Positions 1 through 8,114 are shown, numbered from the stretch's first letter. The stretch: 16,081 nt of DNA from Clostridia bacterium (GCA_045601965.1 JAZSAR010000121.1:1-16081); one strand, 5' to 3'. Translations and numbers: made by a program. Notes: generated by a model from the letters alone, not told the origin.

Positions 1-768
1 CTCTTCCCCTTTTACTGGATGGCACTTACTTCCTTTAAAAGCTACGGCACATATAATTCGGAGTTTATCCCGTAGTTTTACTTAACGTCTCCCACAATTG
101 AAAACTATATAGATGCGTTTACTGCGGTGCCGCTTTTCACCTATTTTATGAATACGGTAATTTTTACGGTTGTTACGGTGGCGCTTATGCTCATTGTTAT
201 AGTTCCCGCGTCCTTTGCCTTTGCAAGGCTTGAATTTAAGGGAAAAAATCTTCTTTTTACTCTGTTTTTATCCCTTATGATGATACCAAATGAGCTTGTT
301 ATTATAACAAACTTTGTCACGGTTACAAATTTAGACTTAAGGAACACCTTTACGGGGCTTATTCTTCCCTCGGTTATGTCGGTTTTCTATGTGTATTTAT
401 TAAAGGAAAGCTTTTCCGGTGTGCCCGACGAGCTTTACCGTGCGGCAAAGGTGGACGGAACAAGTGATTTTAAGTTTATGATGAAGGTTATGGTTCCCAT
501 CTGTAAGCCCACACTCATCACGGTTACCATACTTAAGGTTATTGAATGCTGGAACTCCTTCGTATGGCCGAGGCTTATAACGGACGAAAGGGAATATTTC
601 CTGGTTTCCAACGGAATTCAGGAAATAAGGGAGGCAGGCTTCGGCAGAGAAAACATCCCCGCAATGATGGCGGCGGTGGTGGTTATATCCCTTCCGCTTA
701 TTCTCATTTTCCTGATTTTCAGAAAGAAAATTATGGAAGGCGTGGCAAGAGGAGGCGTTAAAGGATGA
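1..768 (+). CDS. ABC sugar-transporter inner-membrane permease (MalG/UgpE type); 5' end lies outside the window; in-frame TAG at 73-75
   Basis: Frame 1 is open from base 1 and reads ...LFPFYWMALTSFKSYGTYNSEFIP*FYLTSPTIENYIDAFTAVPLF..., then continues into the track ORF 127..768. The protein has multiple hydrophobic helices and the ABC-permease EAA-like loop (YRAAKVDGTSDFKFMMKVMVPICKP). The TGA stop at 766-768 overlaps the ATG of the next gene (ATGA), which suggests translational coupling. The single in-frame TAG at 73-75 sits inside a conserved-looking segment. Confidence 0.8.
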
Positions 769-2357
769 AAAAGCTTATTTCAATCGTTCTTGCTTTAGCA
801 TTCATTCTGCCTGTTTTTTCAGGCTGTCACGGCAAAAGGGAAAGTGTAAGCTTTTCCATTCCCGAAAGCTTTGACGAATCGGAAAGCTTTGAACTTACCT
901 TCTGGGCAAAAAACGATACAAACAAGGTGCAGACAGCAATTTACGAAAAGGCAATTTCCGACTTTGAGGCACTTTACCCCAATATAAAGATAAAGATGAA
1001 GCTTTACACCGACTACGGCAAAATTTACAACGATGTAATAACAAATATCGCTACAGATACAACGCCCAATATCTGTATAACCTATCCCGACCATATTGCA
1101 ACCTATATGTCGGGCGGGGATACGGTGGTGGCCTTAAACGAGCTTATGGCGGATGAAAGGTTCGGTCTTTCGGGAAGCAAAGTTAAATTCGATGCTCCCA
1201 AAAAGGAAGAAATTGTCCCCGAATTTTTATCGGAATGTGCCTTTGGCGAAACCTCCTTTGCCCTTCCTTTTATGCGCTCGGGCGAAGCACTTTACATAAA
1301 CAAGGATTATGTAAAGCGCCTTGGCTATGAAATTCCAGATAAAATCACCTGGGACTTTATATGGGAGGTTTCCGATGCCGCAACGGAGAAAAACGAGGAC
1401 GGCACCTACAAATTAAACGGGCAGAAGGTTATGATTCCCTTTATCTACAAGTCCACGGACAATATGATGATTCAGTACTTAAAGCAAAAGGGAGCTCCTT
1501 ATTCTGATGCAGGCGGAAATATTAAAATTTTCAACGATGAGACAAAGGATTTTCTTTGGGAAATTTCAAAGCACGTCGGAAACGGGGCATTTTCCACCTT
1601 CAAGATTTCAAGCTATCCCGGAAACTTCTTTAATGCGGGACAGTGTATTTTTGCCATAGATTCCACGGCAGGTGCAACCTGGCTCGGAAGCGATGCTCCA
1701 CTTTCGGATATTCACGAAAACAGCATTGTGGATTTTGAAACGGTGGTTAAAATGATTCCTCAGGTAAACCCCGATGAACCGAAAGTCATTTCCCAGGGAC
1801 CGTCGGTCTGCATATTCAACAAGGAAAATCCGAGAGAGGTTTTAGCTTCCTGGTTGTTTTTGCAGTATCTTTTGACAAACGAGGTGCAGATTGAATATTC
1901 CAAAACCGAAGGCTATGTACCTGTCACAAAAAAGGCGCAGGAGGATACCTCTTATAAGGAATATCTTTCCCGAAGGGGGGAGGATAACGACACCTATTAC
2001 AGCGTAAAGATTGATGCGTCGAATCTTGTGCTTGAAAACACAGAGCACAGTTTTGTGACACCGGTTTTCAACGGCTCGGCATCGCTCCGTAATGCGGCAG
2101 GTCAGCTTATCGAGGAAACGGTAAAATCCGTAAGGCGAAAAGAAGTTCTGGACGAAGAGTATTTTGACGAGCTTTTCCGTGAGATGGAAAGTTTATACAG
2201 GCTTGATCAGACAGGTGGCGTCGGTGGCGGAAGTAAAAAGGAGCTTTCTCCGTTACCGATTGAATCAAAGGTGCTTATTATATCTCTTGCAGCTATATGG
2301 GTGCTGATTGCAGCTTATGCAATCGGGGAAAAGATCAAAAACAAGAAAAAATATTGA
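765..2357 (+). CDS. Extracellular solute-binding protein (family-1 type) of an ABC sugar transporter; lipoprotein with an additional C-terminal transmembrane helix
   Basis: The N-terminus MKKLISIVLALAFILPVFSGC is a signal peptide with a lipobox (FSGC). The mature part is about 480 aa, the size and composition of sugar-binding proteins. The C-terminus has a Gly-rich linker (GGVGGGSKK) followed by the hydrophobic helix VLIISLAAIWVLIAAYAIG and a basic tail KIKNKKKY. The start is coupled to the upstream permease. Confidence 0.65.
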   Translation: MKKLISIVLALAFILPVFSGCHGKRESVSFSIPESFDESESFELTFWAKNDTNKVQTAIYEKAISDFEALYPNIKIKMKLYTDYGKIYNDVITNIATDTTPNICITYPDHIATYMSGGDTVVALNELMADERFGLSGSKVKFDAPKKEEIVPEFLSECAFGETSFALPFMRSGEALYINKDYVKRLGYEIPDKITWDFIWEVSDAATEKNEDGTYKLNGQKVMIPFIYKSTDNMMIQYLKQKGAPYSDAGGNIKIFNDETKDFLWEISKHVGNGAFSTFKISSYPGNFFNAGQCIFAIDSTAGATWLGSDAPLSDIHENSIVDFETVVKMIPQVNPDEPKVISQGPSVCIFNKENPREVLASWLFLQYLLTNEVQIEYSKTEGYVPVTKKAQEDTSYKEYLSRRGEDNDTYYSVKIDASNLVLENTEHSFVTPVFNGSASLRNAAGQLIEETVKSVRRKEVLDEEYFDELFREMESLYRLDQTGGVGGGSKKELSPLPIESKVLIISLAAIWVLIAAYAIGEKIKNKKKY

Positions 2358-2381
2358 CATATTTTTCTTTTGGAGTATAAT
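2354..2381 (+). promoter_or_regulatory. Sigma-A type promoter for the 2413..3126 lipoprotein gene
   Basis: TTGACA at 2354-2359 overlaps the TGA stop of the upstream gene. A 16-bp spacer separates it from TATAAT at 2376-2381. A strong RBS AAAGGAGAA lies 7 nt before the ATG at 2413. Confidence 0.55.
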
Positions 2382-2412
2382 ATTTAGGAATAAATAATAA
2401 AGGAGAATAATT

Positions 2413-3126
2413 ATGAAAAAGTTTTTAGCATTGGCATTGGCGCTTCTTATGGTATTCGCTATGGCAGGATGTACAGAAGAAGCAGTAAATGAAGAGGTTG
2501 TAGAAGAAGTTGCTGAAGAAGTTGCTGTTATGAGTTACGAGGAATTTGTTGCAGCACCCGTTGACACAGAGGTTACAGTTGAAACCTATGTTCAGGGTAA
2601 GCAGTCCTGGTGGGATAACAAGGGTACTTTCTACACTCAGAATGAGGAAGGAGCATATTTCCTTTACGAAATGCCCTGCACAGAAGAGGAATACAATCTT
2701 CTTACAGAAGGTACAAAAATCAGAGTAACAGGTTATAAGGCTGAATGGGCAGGCGAAGTTGAAATCGTTGATGCAACATTCGAAATCCTTGAAGGCAGCT
2801 TCGTTGCGGAAGCATTTGATGCAACAGAGCTCTTAGGAACAGAAGAGCTTATAAACCATCAGAACAAGAAGGCACTCTTTAAAGGTCTCGTAGTTGAATC
2901 CGTAAACTACAAGAACGACGAGCCCGGTGATGACATCTATCTTACACTTACAGACGGAGTAGATGACTATAATTTCTGTGTAGAAGTTTACTTAACTGGC
3001 GTTGATACAGAGGTTTATACAACTGTTGGCGAGCTTGAAGCAGGCGATAAGGTTGACGTTGAAGCATTCCTTTACTGGTATGAAGGCGTAAATCCCCACA
3101 TCACAGCAATCACAGTTGTTGAATAA
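2413..3126 (+). CDS. Acidic secreted lipoprotein of unknown function with two repeated OB-fold-like modules of about 90 aa each (BOF/YgiW-like guess)
   Basis: MKKFLALALALLMVFAMAGC is a signal peptide plus lipobox. It is followed by a Glu/Val-rich linker (EEVVEEVAEEVA). Two similar modules follow, each containing a conserved-looking segment (module 1: GAYFLYEMPCTEEEYNLLTEGTKIRVTGYKAEWAGEVEI; module 2: DDIYLTLTDGVDDYNFCVEVYLTGVDTEVYTTVGELEAGDKVDV). Codon usage is strongly biased (gaa, gtt, gca), and the gene has a strong RBS and promoter. Confidence 0.7.
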   Translation: MKKFLALALALLMVFAMAGCTEEAVNEEVVEEVAEEVAVMSYEEFVAAPVDTEVTVETYVQGKQSWWDNKGTFYTQNEEGAYFLYEMPCTEEEYNLLTEGTKIRVTGYKAEWAGEVEIVDATFEILEGSFVAEAFDATELLGTEELINHQNKKALFKGLVVESVNYKNDEPGDDIYLTLTDGVDDYNFCVEVYLTGVDTEVYTTVGELEAGDKVDVEAFLYWYEGVNPHITAITVVE

Positions 3127-3137
3127 GAAAAGTGAAA

Positions 3138-3161
3138 AGCACCCGACAGGGTGCTTTTTTG
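3138..3161 (+). terminator. Rho-independent terminator after the lipoprotein gene
   Basis: AGCACCC-gaca-GGGTGCT forms a 7-bp stem with a 4-nt loop and is followed by TTTTTT. Confidence 0.7.
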
Positions 3162-3191
3162 TTGCTGATTTTTAAAATCATAAAATTGTTA

Positions 3192-3220
3192 TTGACAATC
3201 ACATGACCGTGTGATATAAT
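3192..3220 (+). promoter_or_regulatory. Consensus sigma-A promoter with an inverted-repeat candidate operator in the spacer
   Basis: TTGACA at 3192-3197, a 17-bp spacer, then TATAAT at 3215-3220, preceded by TGn (extended -10 TGATATAAT). The spacer contains the perfect inverted repeat ATCACA-tgaccg-TGTGAT (3198-3215). Confidence 0.65.
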
Positions 3221-3261
3221 CATATTGACGATGAAGAAAGGGATGAAACGGGGGTGTAATA

Positions 3262-3816
3262 ATGCTTCACACATTTCCGGGAACGGAAATCGAGGTATCC
3301 GAAATAAAAAAAGGCGCATCGAAAGCTTTGTTTGACGGGATTTTTGCAACGGGCGGGATTACTCTTTCCCAAGTGTCTGTAATGACAGGACTTGAGCCCT
3401 ATGTAATACAGAACTGGGTTAAAAGAGGGTTTGTTGCATCGCCGGTTAAAAGAGTTTACGGAAGAGCACAGTTTGCCAGAATTATAATTATCAATATGCT
3501 GAAAGAAGCGCTTCAGCTTGAAAAGATATGCGAGCTTGTAAAGCTTATCGGAGGAGAGGTTGACAATCCCGATGATGATCTTATAGGAGATAATGTGCTT
3601 TATCACATATATGTGGATCTTCTGTCAGAGGGGAATATAAATATAATGGATGAAAGTGCAGTTGATGCGGCAGTCGATAAAGTTCTGAAAGAGATTACAG
3701 GCTATGACGATGGAGAAAAGGCAAAGCTTAAAAAAATACTTAAAGTAATGCTGTATTCCCACGGAGCAGCCCGCTTGAAAGCTGAGTCTGCGGCGTGCTT
3801 GGCAACACTTTATTAA
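3262..3816 (+). CDS. MerR-like helix-turn-helix protein (possibly a DUF1836-type family member); putative regulator of the downstream NfeD-flotillin genes
   Basis: The segment ITLSQVSVMTGLEPYVIQNWVKRGFVASPVKRVYGRAQFARIIIINMLKEALQLEKICELV matches the MerR-type HTH plus wing pattern (hydrophobic-xxxVAxxTGvs, hydrophobic-xxW/YxxxGLL, P, R, and a hydrophobic register). It is 184 aa, cytoplasmic, and is the first gene after the operator-bearing promoter. Confidence 0.5.
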   Translation: MLHTFPGTEIEVSEIKKGASKALFDGIFATGGITLSQVSVMTGLEPYVIQNWVKRGFVASPVKRVYGRAQFARIIIINMLKEALQLEKICELVKLIGGEVDNPDDDLIGDNVLYHIYVDLLSEGNINIMDESAVDAAVDKVLKEITGYDDGEKAKLKKILKVMLYSHGAARLKAESAACLATLY

Positions 3817-3836
3817 TTAATGAGGGGGTATGAGGA

Positions 3837-4478
3837 ATGAGTTTTGTAAACTGGTGGAATTCTCTTTTACTATCCGAGCAGATATTTTACTGTATAGCTA
3901 TTGCATCAACATTGTTTTTGCTGGTTGAAACGGTTCTTATGCTGGTAGGATTGGGAGATTCCGATTCGTCGGGAGACGGAATGGGAGAAGCGGAAATCCC
4001 CGATGAGTTTGATGCAGAAGGAGTTTACGGAGAAAATGAGATAACAGAAGTTACGGATGCATCGGGGCTTGAGGGTTTAAGGATTTTTACGGTTCGCGGA
4101 TTTATCGCCTTTTTCGTTGTATTCGGCTGGGTAGGTGCACTTATGGCAGGAAGCGGGATAAGTCTTCCTGTGACTTTGCCGGTAGCCTTTGTTTCGGGCT
4201 TTGCTATGATGGTTATTATGGCATATCTTTTCCGCGCGGTGCTAAAACTTAAAAGCAGCGGCAATATTGATAACAGGAATGCTCTGGGGACATCAGGCAA
4301 GGTGCATCTTTCAATTCCGCCTGAAAGAAGCGGAGAAGGAAAGGTTCACATAATGCTTCAGGGTTCCTATGTGGAGCGTAGTGCCGTGACCGATTCAAAT
4401 GAATCTATTCCTACGGGATGCGAAGTTGTCGTTGTGGGAATAAGCGGCGAAACAGATTTGGTTGTTAAAAGAAAATAA
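3837..4478 (+). CDS. NfeD-like membrane protein (YuaF/YqeZ-type flotillin-associated protein)
   Basis: It has an N-terminal TM helix, an acidic D/E/G-rich segment and two further TM helices (GFIAFFVVFGWVGALMAG, LPVAFVSGFAMMVIMAYLF). The C-terminal beta-rich OB-fold-like domain (GKVHIMLQGSYVERSAVTDS...EVVVVGISGETDLVV) is typical of short NfeD proteins encoded immediately upstream of SPFH/flotillin genes. Confidence 0.7.
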   Translation: MSFVNWWNSLLLSEQIFYCIAIASTLFLLVETVLMLVGLGDSDSSGDGMGEAEIPDEFDAEGVYGENEITEVTDASGLEGLRIFTVRGFIAFFVVFGWVGALMAGSGISLPVTLPVAFVSGFAMMVIMAYLFRAVLKLKSSGNIDNRNALGTSGKVHLSIPPERSGEGKVHIMLQGSYVERSAVTDSNESIPTGCEVVVVGISGETDLVVKRK

Positions 4479-4498
4479 ATATAAATGGAGGTAATTTT

Positions 4499-5908
4499 AT
4501 GAATCCCGGTGTTGTTTTATTAGTTGTTGCCATTGTTATTATCGCGGTATCGTTTATTGTCTGGGTATGCTCCAGATATAAAAAGTGTCCTTCCGATAAA
4601 ATAATGGTAGTTTACGGTTCTATCGGTAAAAATAAAGACGGTACGAACCGCAGTGCAAAGTGTATTCACGGTGGTGCGGAATTTATAATTCCCGTGTTCC
4701 AGTCCTATGCATACCTTGATCTTACGCCTATATCAATTCAGGTAGACTTAAGAAATGCTCTTTCAAGACAGAACATCAGAATTGATGTTCCTTCAAGATT
4801 TACGGTTGGTATATCAACAGAACCCGGTGTTATGCAGAATGCAGCTGAACGTCTTTTAGGTCTTCAGCTTTCTGAAATTCAGGAGCTTTCAAAGGATATA
4901 ATCTTTGGACAGCTTCGTCTTATTATCGCTACAATGGATATTGAGGAAATCAATACCGACCGTGATAAGTTCCTGGCTGCAGTAAGCAGTAACGTTGAAA
5001 CTGAGCTTAAGAAAATCGGTCTTCGCTTAATTAACGTTAACGTAACGGATATCAGCGATGAATCGGGATACATATCGGCTCTCGGTAAGGAAGCTGCGGC
5101 AAAGGCAATCAACGATGCTAAAAAGAGCGTTGCCGAGCAGGACAGAGACGGTTCTATTGGTGAAGCTAATGCTACAATGGAAGAGCGTATTAAGGTTTCC
5201 GAGGCAAATTCTGTTGCTATTCAGGGTGAAAACGAAGCCAAGATGAAGATTGCTATGTCAGAAGCGGCTCTTAAGGAAAAAGAGGCAGAGGCATTAAAGA
5301 TTGCTACAACAGCAGAGAAAATTCAGGCGGCTAAGGCATTGGAAGAATCCTATGCGGCAGAGCAGGCGGCAGAGCAGGCAAGACGCGCAAAGGAACAGGC
5401 AACGCTTGAAGCTGACATTATCGTACGTGCTGAAGCTAAAAAGAGAGAAATGGAGCTTGAAGCTGAAGCTGAGGCTGAACAGCTTCGCCGTAAGGCAAAG
5501 GGTGAGGCTGATGCTATCTATGCTAAGATGGAAGCAGAAGCCCGCGGTGTTGAAGAAATTCTTAAAAAGCAGGCGGCCGGTTTTGGTGAAATTGTAAAGT
5601 CTGCAGGCGGAGATGCCAATGCGGCATTAAGGCTTTTGATTGCCGACAAGCTTGAAGAATTGATGCGCGTTCAGGTTGATGCGGTTAAGAATATCAAGAT
5701 TGATAAGGTTACCGTATGGGACGGCGGAGCAAACGGCGACGGAAAGACCTCTACGGCAAATTTCATTTCCGGTATGATGAAGTCTGTTCCTCCTTTGGAA
5801 GAAGTTTTTGCAATGGCAGGCATGGAGCTTCCTTCTCTCTTAGGCAAGAAGGCGGAAGATAGTAAAGAAACTGTTGAAAGTGTGGAAGCTGAAACTGTGA
5901 CAGAATAA
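4499..5908 (+). CDS. floT: Flotillin-like SPFH/band-7 domain protein (FloT-like)
   Basis: It has an N-terminal TM anchor and an SPFH domain, followed by a long Ala/Glu-rich coiled-coil with EA repeats (AEAKKREMELEAEAEAEQLRRKAKGEADAIYAKMEAEARG). With the preceding NfeD gene it forms the same pair as B. subtilis yuaF-floT. RBS GGAGG. Confidence 0.85.
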   Translation: MNPGVVLLVVAIVIIAVSFIVWVCSRYKKCPSDKIMVVYGSIGKNKDGTNRSAKCIHGGAEFIIPVFQSYAYLDLTPISIQVDLRNALSRQNIRIDVPSRFTVGISTEPGVMQNAAERLLGLQLSEIQELSKDIIFGQLRLIIATMDIEEINTDRDKFLAAVSSNVETELKKIGLRLINVNVTDISDESGYISALGKEAAAKAINDAKKSVAEQDRDGSIGEANATMEERIKVSEANSVAIQGENEAKMKIAMSEAALKEKEAEALKIATTAEKIQAAKALEESYAAEQAAEQARRAKEQATLEADIIVRAEAKKREMELEAEAEAEQLRRKAKGEADAIYAKMEAEARGVEEILKKQAAGFGEIVKSAGGDANAALRLLIADKLEELMRVQVDAVKNIKIDKVTVWDGGANGDGKTSTANFISGMMKSVPPLEEVFAMAGMELPSLLGKKAEDSKETVESVEAETVTE

Positions 5909-5917
5909 TAAATAAAA

Positions 5918-5954
5918 AACATCGGTTTGCAATTTTGCAAACCGATGTTTTTTT
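5918..5954. terminator. Bidirectional rho-independent terminator between convergent flotillin (+) and esterase (-) genes
   Basis: AACATCGGTTTGCAA-tt-TTGCAAACCGATGTT is a 15-bp perfect stem. It is flanked by an A-run (5911-5917) and a T-run (5948-5954). Confidence 0.8.
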
Positions 5955-7437
5955 ACCAACCCATAAATTCTTCAATTACGGGATAAAGTTCTTTAGCTAT
6001 TTCTAAGTGGGTTTCATACATAGGGTGTCTGGGATAGGGGATTTTAGATTCAAATACCATAATGCCGGAATTGTCATATTCCTTGCCGTATTCCTCAATT
6101 GCCGCATTTATTGTTTCGGTAAACTTAGGGCGGCTGGAATTACCCATAACGATGATTGATACACCGGGGTGAGCTTCGCGGAAGGTCTTGAACATATTCA
6201 CATATGCAGCCTTGATATCATCATAGGAAAATCCGTCGCGCTCAATTTTGCCCACAACATCGTTTATCCAGTTAAACTGAACGATTAAGTCGGGCTCATA
6301 TTTTGCGTGGTTCCATTCACCGTATTTGGGATTTACCTGAGATACCTTGTTGTAAATGGGATCACTTAATGATGTGAAGCAGTTGTATGCAGAAAGTCCG
6401 CTTCTTGCGAAAACTTCAAGCTCCGCATCAAAGTGACGGGCAACGTGAGATATGTAGGAGTTGTTGGCGTTTTCATACTTGCTTCCGTGTCCCTTGTCCA
6501 CATTGTCGGGGTAGTTTACGTTGTTGGAAGCACAGGTGATGGAGTCGCCGAACACCTGAATTTTACGGCTTTTAGCAGGAGCGGGAGACAAAAGCTCACC
6601 GTTTTCGATATCCACGGAAATCCACTGAATCTGGTTGTAGCTTTCTTCATTGTCCTTTAATATTTTAACTGTGTGAATACCGTCTGTAAGATTCTCTGCA
6701 ATTACAAATTCGTTTTCACCCTTGGGAAGCTCGATTCTCACCTTGTCATCCTCTTCATAGTGGGTGTAAACGGTCTTGTCGCCGTCAATAAAGGTGTGAA
6801 CATAAGCTGTCTGGTTACCTGTTACATTAACCTTTAATTTAGCACCGGTACCCTTAAAGCGAAGCTCAATTCCCGACACGGAAAATGCGGATGTAAGATA
6901 TCCGTCCTTTTCGTAATATCTTCCGATGAAGCGTGCTGTATTTCCGTCTATCATATAGCCGTTATCATCCGTCATATTTGCATAAAGCATTTTTTCGATT
7001 GTTACTGTTTTTGTAGCATCGTCCCATTCCACCTTGGATTCGAGAGCTTCTGCAAGAGCGCGTACGGGAACGAGGGTTCTTCCTTCAATAATCATAGGAG
7101 GAACGTCTGCGGTGATTTCAAGGTCTGCCTCTGTTTCTGGGGTTATCTCAGTTGCAAGATAAAATTTGACTATCGGGCTTCCGATGGTCATCGATACCGC
7201 ATAGTCATAGCCTACGCCTGTTGCGGTTTGTGTTTCCCCATTCCAGGAAACTGCCATTCCCAGGGCTTCGAAAATCGCTCTTACGGGAAGCATAGTGCGT
7301 CCGTCAACGATTGTCGCAGAAACGTCGGATTCCACCTTGCTTCCGTTTACAATTACCGTGATTTCCTGATTTTCTGCAAAAGCAGTAACTGAGCATATTA
7401 AAATCAGGGCAAGGATGAGTGCAATTAGTTTTTTCAT
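5953..7437 (-). CDS. Secreted SGNH/GDSL-family esterase with an N-terminal beta-sandwich (CE2-like carbohydrate esterase architecture), preceded by two copper-amine-oxidase-N-terminal-like repeat domains
   Basis: The signal peptide is MKKLIALILALILICSVTAFA. Two repeats of about 60 aa (DGRTMLPVRAIFEALGMAVSWNGETQT and EGRTLVPVRALAEALESKVEWDDATKT) resemble the Cu-amine-oxidase N1 stalk domain common in Clostridial surface proteins. A central beta-rich domain follows, then an SGNH block I (QVFGDSITCASNN), and the C-terminal His-containing block RHPMYETHLEIA. Confidence 0.6.
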   Translation of the reverse strand: MKKLIALILALILICSVTAFAENQEITVIVNGSKVESDVSATIVDGRTMLPVRAIFEALGMAVSWNGETQTATGVGYDYAVSMTIGSPIVKFYLATEITPETEADLEITADVPPMIIEGRTLVPVRALAEALESKVEWDDATKTVTIEKMLYANMTDDNGYMIDGNTARFIGRYYEKDGYLTSAFSVSGIELRFKGTGAKLKVNVTGNQTAYVHTFIDGDKTVYTHYEEDDKVRIELPKGENEFVIAENLTDGIHTVKILKDNEESYNQIQWISVDIENGELLSPAPAKSRKIQVFGDSITCASNNVNYPDNVDKGHGSKYENANNSYISHVARHFDAELEVFARSGLSAYNCFTSLSDPIYNKVSQVNPKYGEWNHAKYEPDLIVQFNWINDVVGKIERDGFSYDDIKAAYVNMFKTFREAHPGVSIIVMGNSSRPKFTETINAAIEEYGKEYDNSGIMVFESKIPYPRHPMYETHLEIAKELYPVIEEFMGW

Positions 7438-7544
7438 ATAATCATTCCCTTCTTTTTGTTATAATAATTATATAACGGCAAGAGTTTAAGGTCAAGAACA
7501 AAATATTGAAAGAAGGAGTTAAAATACTGATGATTAAATACTTT

Positions 7545-7573
7545 TTGACATTTTTTAATTTATATGATATAAT
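7545..7573 (+). promoter_or_regulatory. Consensus sigma-A promoter for carD-ispD-ispF
   Basis: TTGACA at 7545-7550, a 17-bp spacer, then TATAAT at 7568-7573. A leader of about 40 nt containing a short hairpin (AAGTC...GACTT) precedes the carD ATG. Confidence 0.6.
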
Positions 7574-7617
7574 TAATGTAAAGTCACGGTTATGCGACTT
7601 TATTTGGGGGAATTAAT

Positions 7618-8103
7618 ATGTATAAAATTGGCGACAAAGTACTTTATCCAATGCATGGAGCCGGCGTTATAGAAGGGATTGAAGAGAGAGACATTGTTGG
7701 CGAAAAGCACAAATATTACACTATGCGTGTGCCCGTTGGCGACATGAAGGTTTTAATCCCATGCGAAGGAACGGAAAACACCGGTCTTCGCAGTATTATT
7801 GATGAAAAAACTGCGGATAAGGTTATTCTCTCCATGGAAAAAGGCGAAGAAGAGGAGCTGGTAAGCTGGAATAAGCGCTACAGAGATAATCTTTTAAGGA
7901 TAAAAACCGGAGATGTTTTTGAGGTTGCCGCCGTTGTTAGAAGCCTTATGGTGCGTGACAGGGAAAAGGGCCTTTCCACGGGCGAGCGTAAAATGATGAT
8001 GGATGCACGCCATATCCTGATAAGCGAGCTGGTTTTGGCAAAGAATATGGATAAGGAAGAAATTTCCGACATGATTGAAAAAAAGGTTTTTGGAAATACA
8101 TAA
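7618..8103 (+). CDS. carD: CarD/CdnL-family RNA-polymerase-binding transcription factor
   Basis: The 161-aa protein begins MYKIGDKVLYPMHGAGVIEGIEERDIVGEKHKYYTMRV (a Tudor-like RNAP-interacting domain) and has the C-terminal segment NKRYRDNLLRIKTGDVFEVAAVVRSLMVRDREKGLSTGERKMMMDA. Its position upstream of ispD-ispF is conserved in Firmicutes. Confidence 0.85.
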   Translation: MYKIGDKVLYPMHGAGVIEGIEERDIVGEKHKYYTMRVPVGDMKVLIPCEGTENTGLRSIIDEKTADKVILSMEKGEEEELVSWNKRYRDNLLRIKTGDVFEVAAVVRSLMVRDREKGLSTGERKMMMDARHILISELVLAKNMDKEEISDMIEKKVFGNT

Positions 8104-8114
8104 GAGGCACTGCT

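Noticed and set aside
141-1094. Minus-strand ORFs 141..347 and 819..1094, and plus-strand ORF 546..761.
   Set aside because: They lie antisense or out of frame within the permease and binding-protein genes. They have no RBS and low-complexity translations.
5301-5597. A 98-aa Arg/Lys-rich ORF in an alternative plus-strand frame. Similar ORFs at 5058..5246, 4879..5112 (-) and 5671..5975 (-) were also noted.
   Set aside because: All are embedded in the flotillin coding sequence. The Arg-rich composition is the expected frame-shifted reading of GAA/GCA-rich EA-repeat DNA. They have no independent signals.
7530-7616. A 28-codon ORF (MIKYFLTFFNLYDIINVKSRLCDFIWGN) with an AAGGAG upstream, between the esterase and carD.
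   Set aside because: It overlaps the consensus carD promoter (-35 and -10 lie inside it) and has very AT-rich composition typical of intergenic DNA. It is probably a chance ORF. It could only be tested by ribosome profiling.
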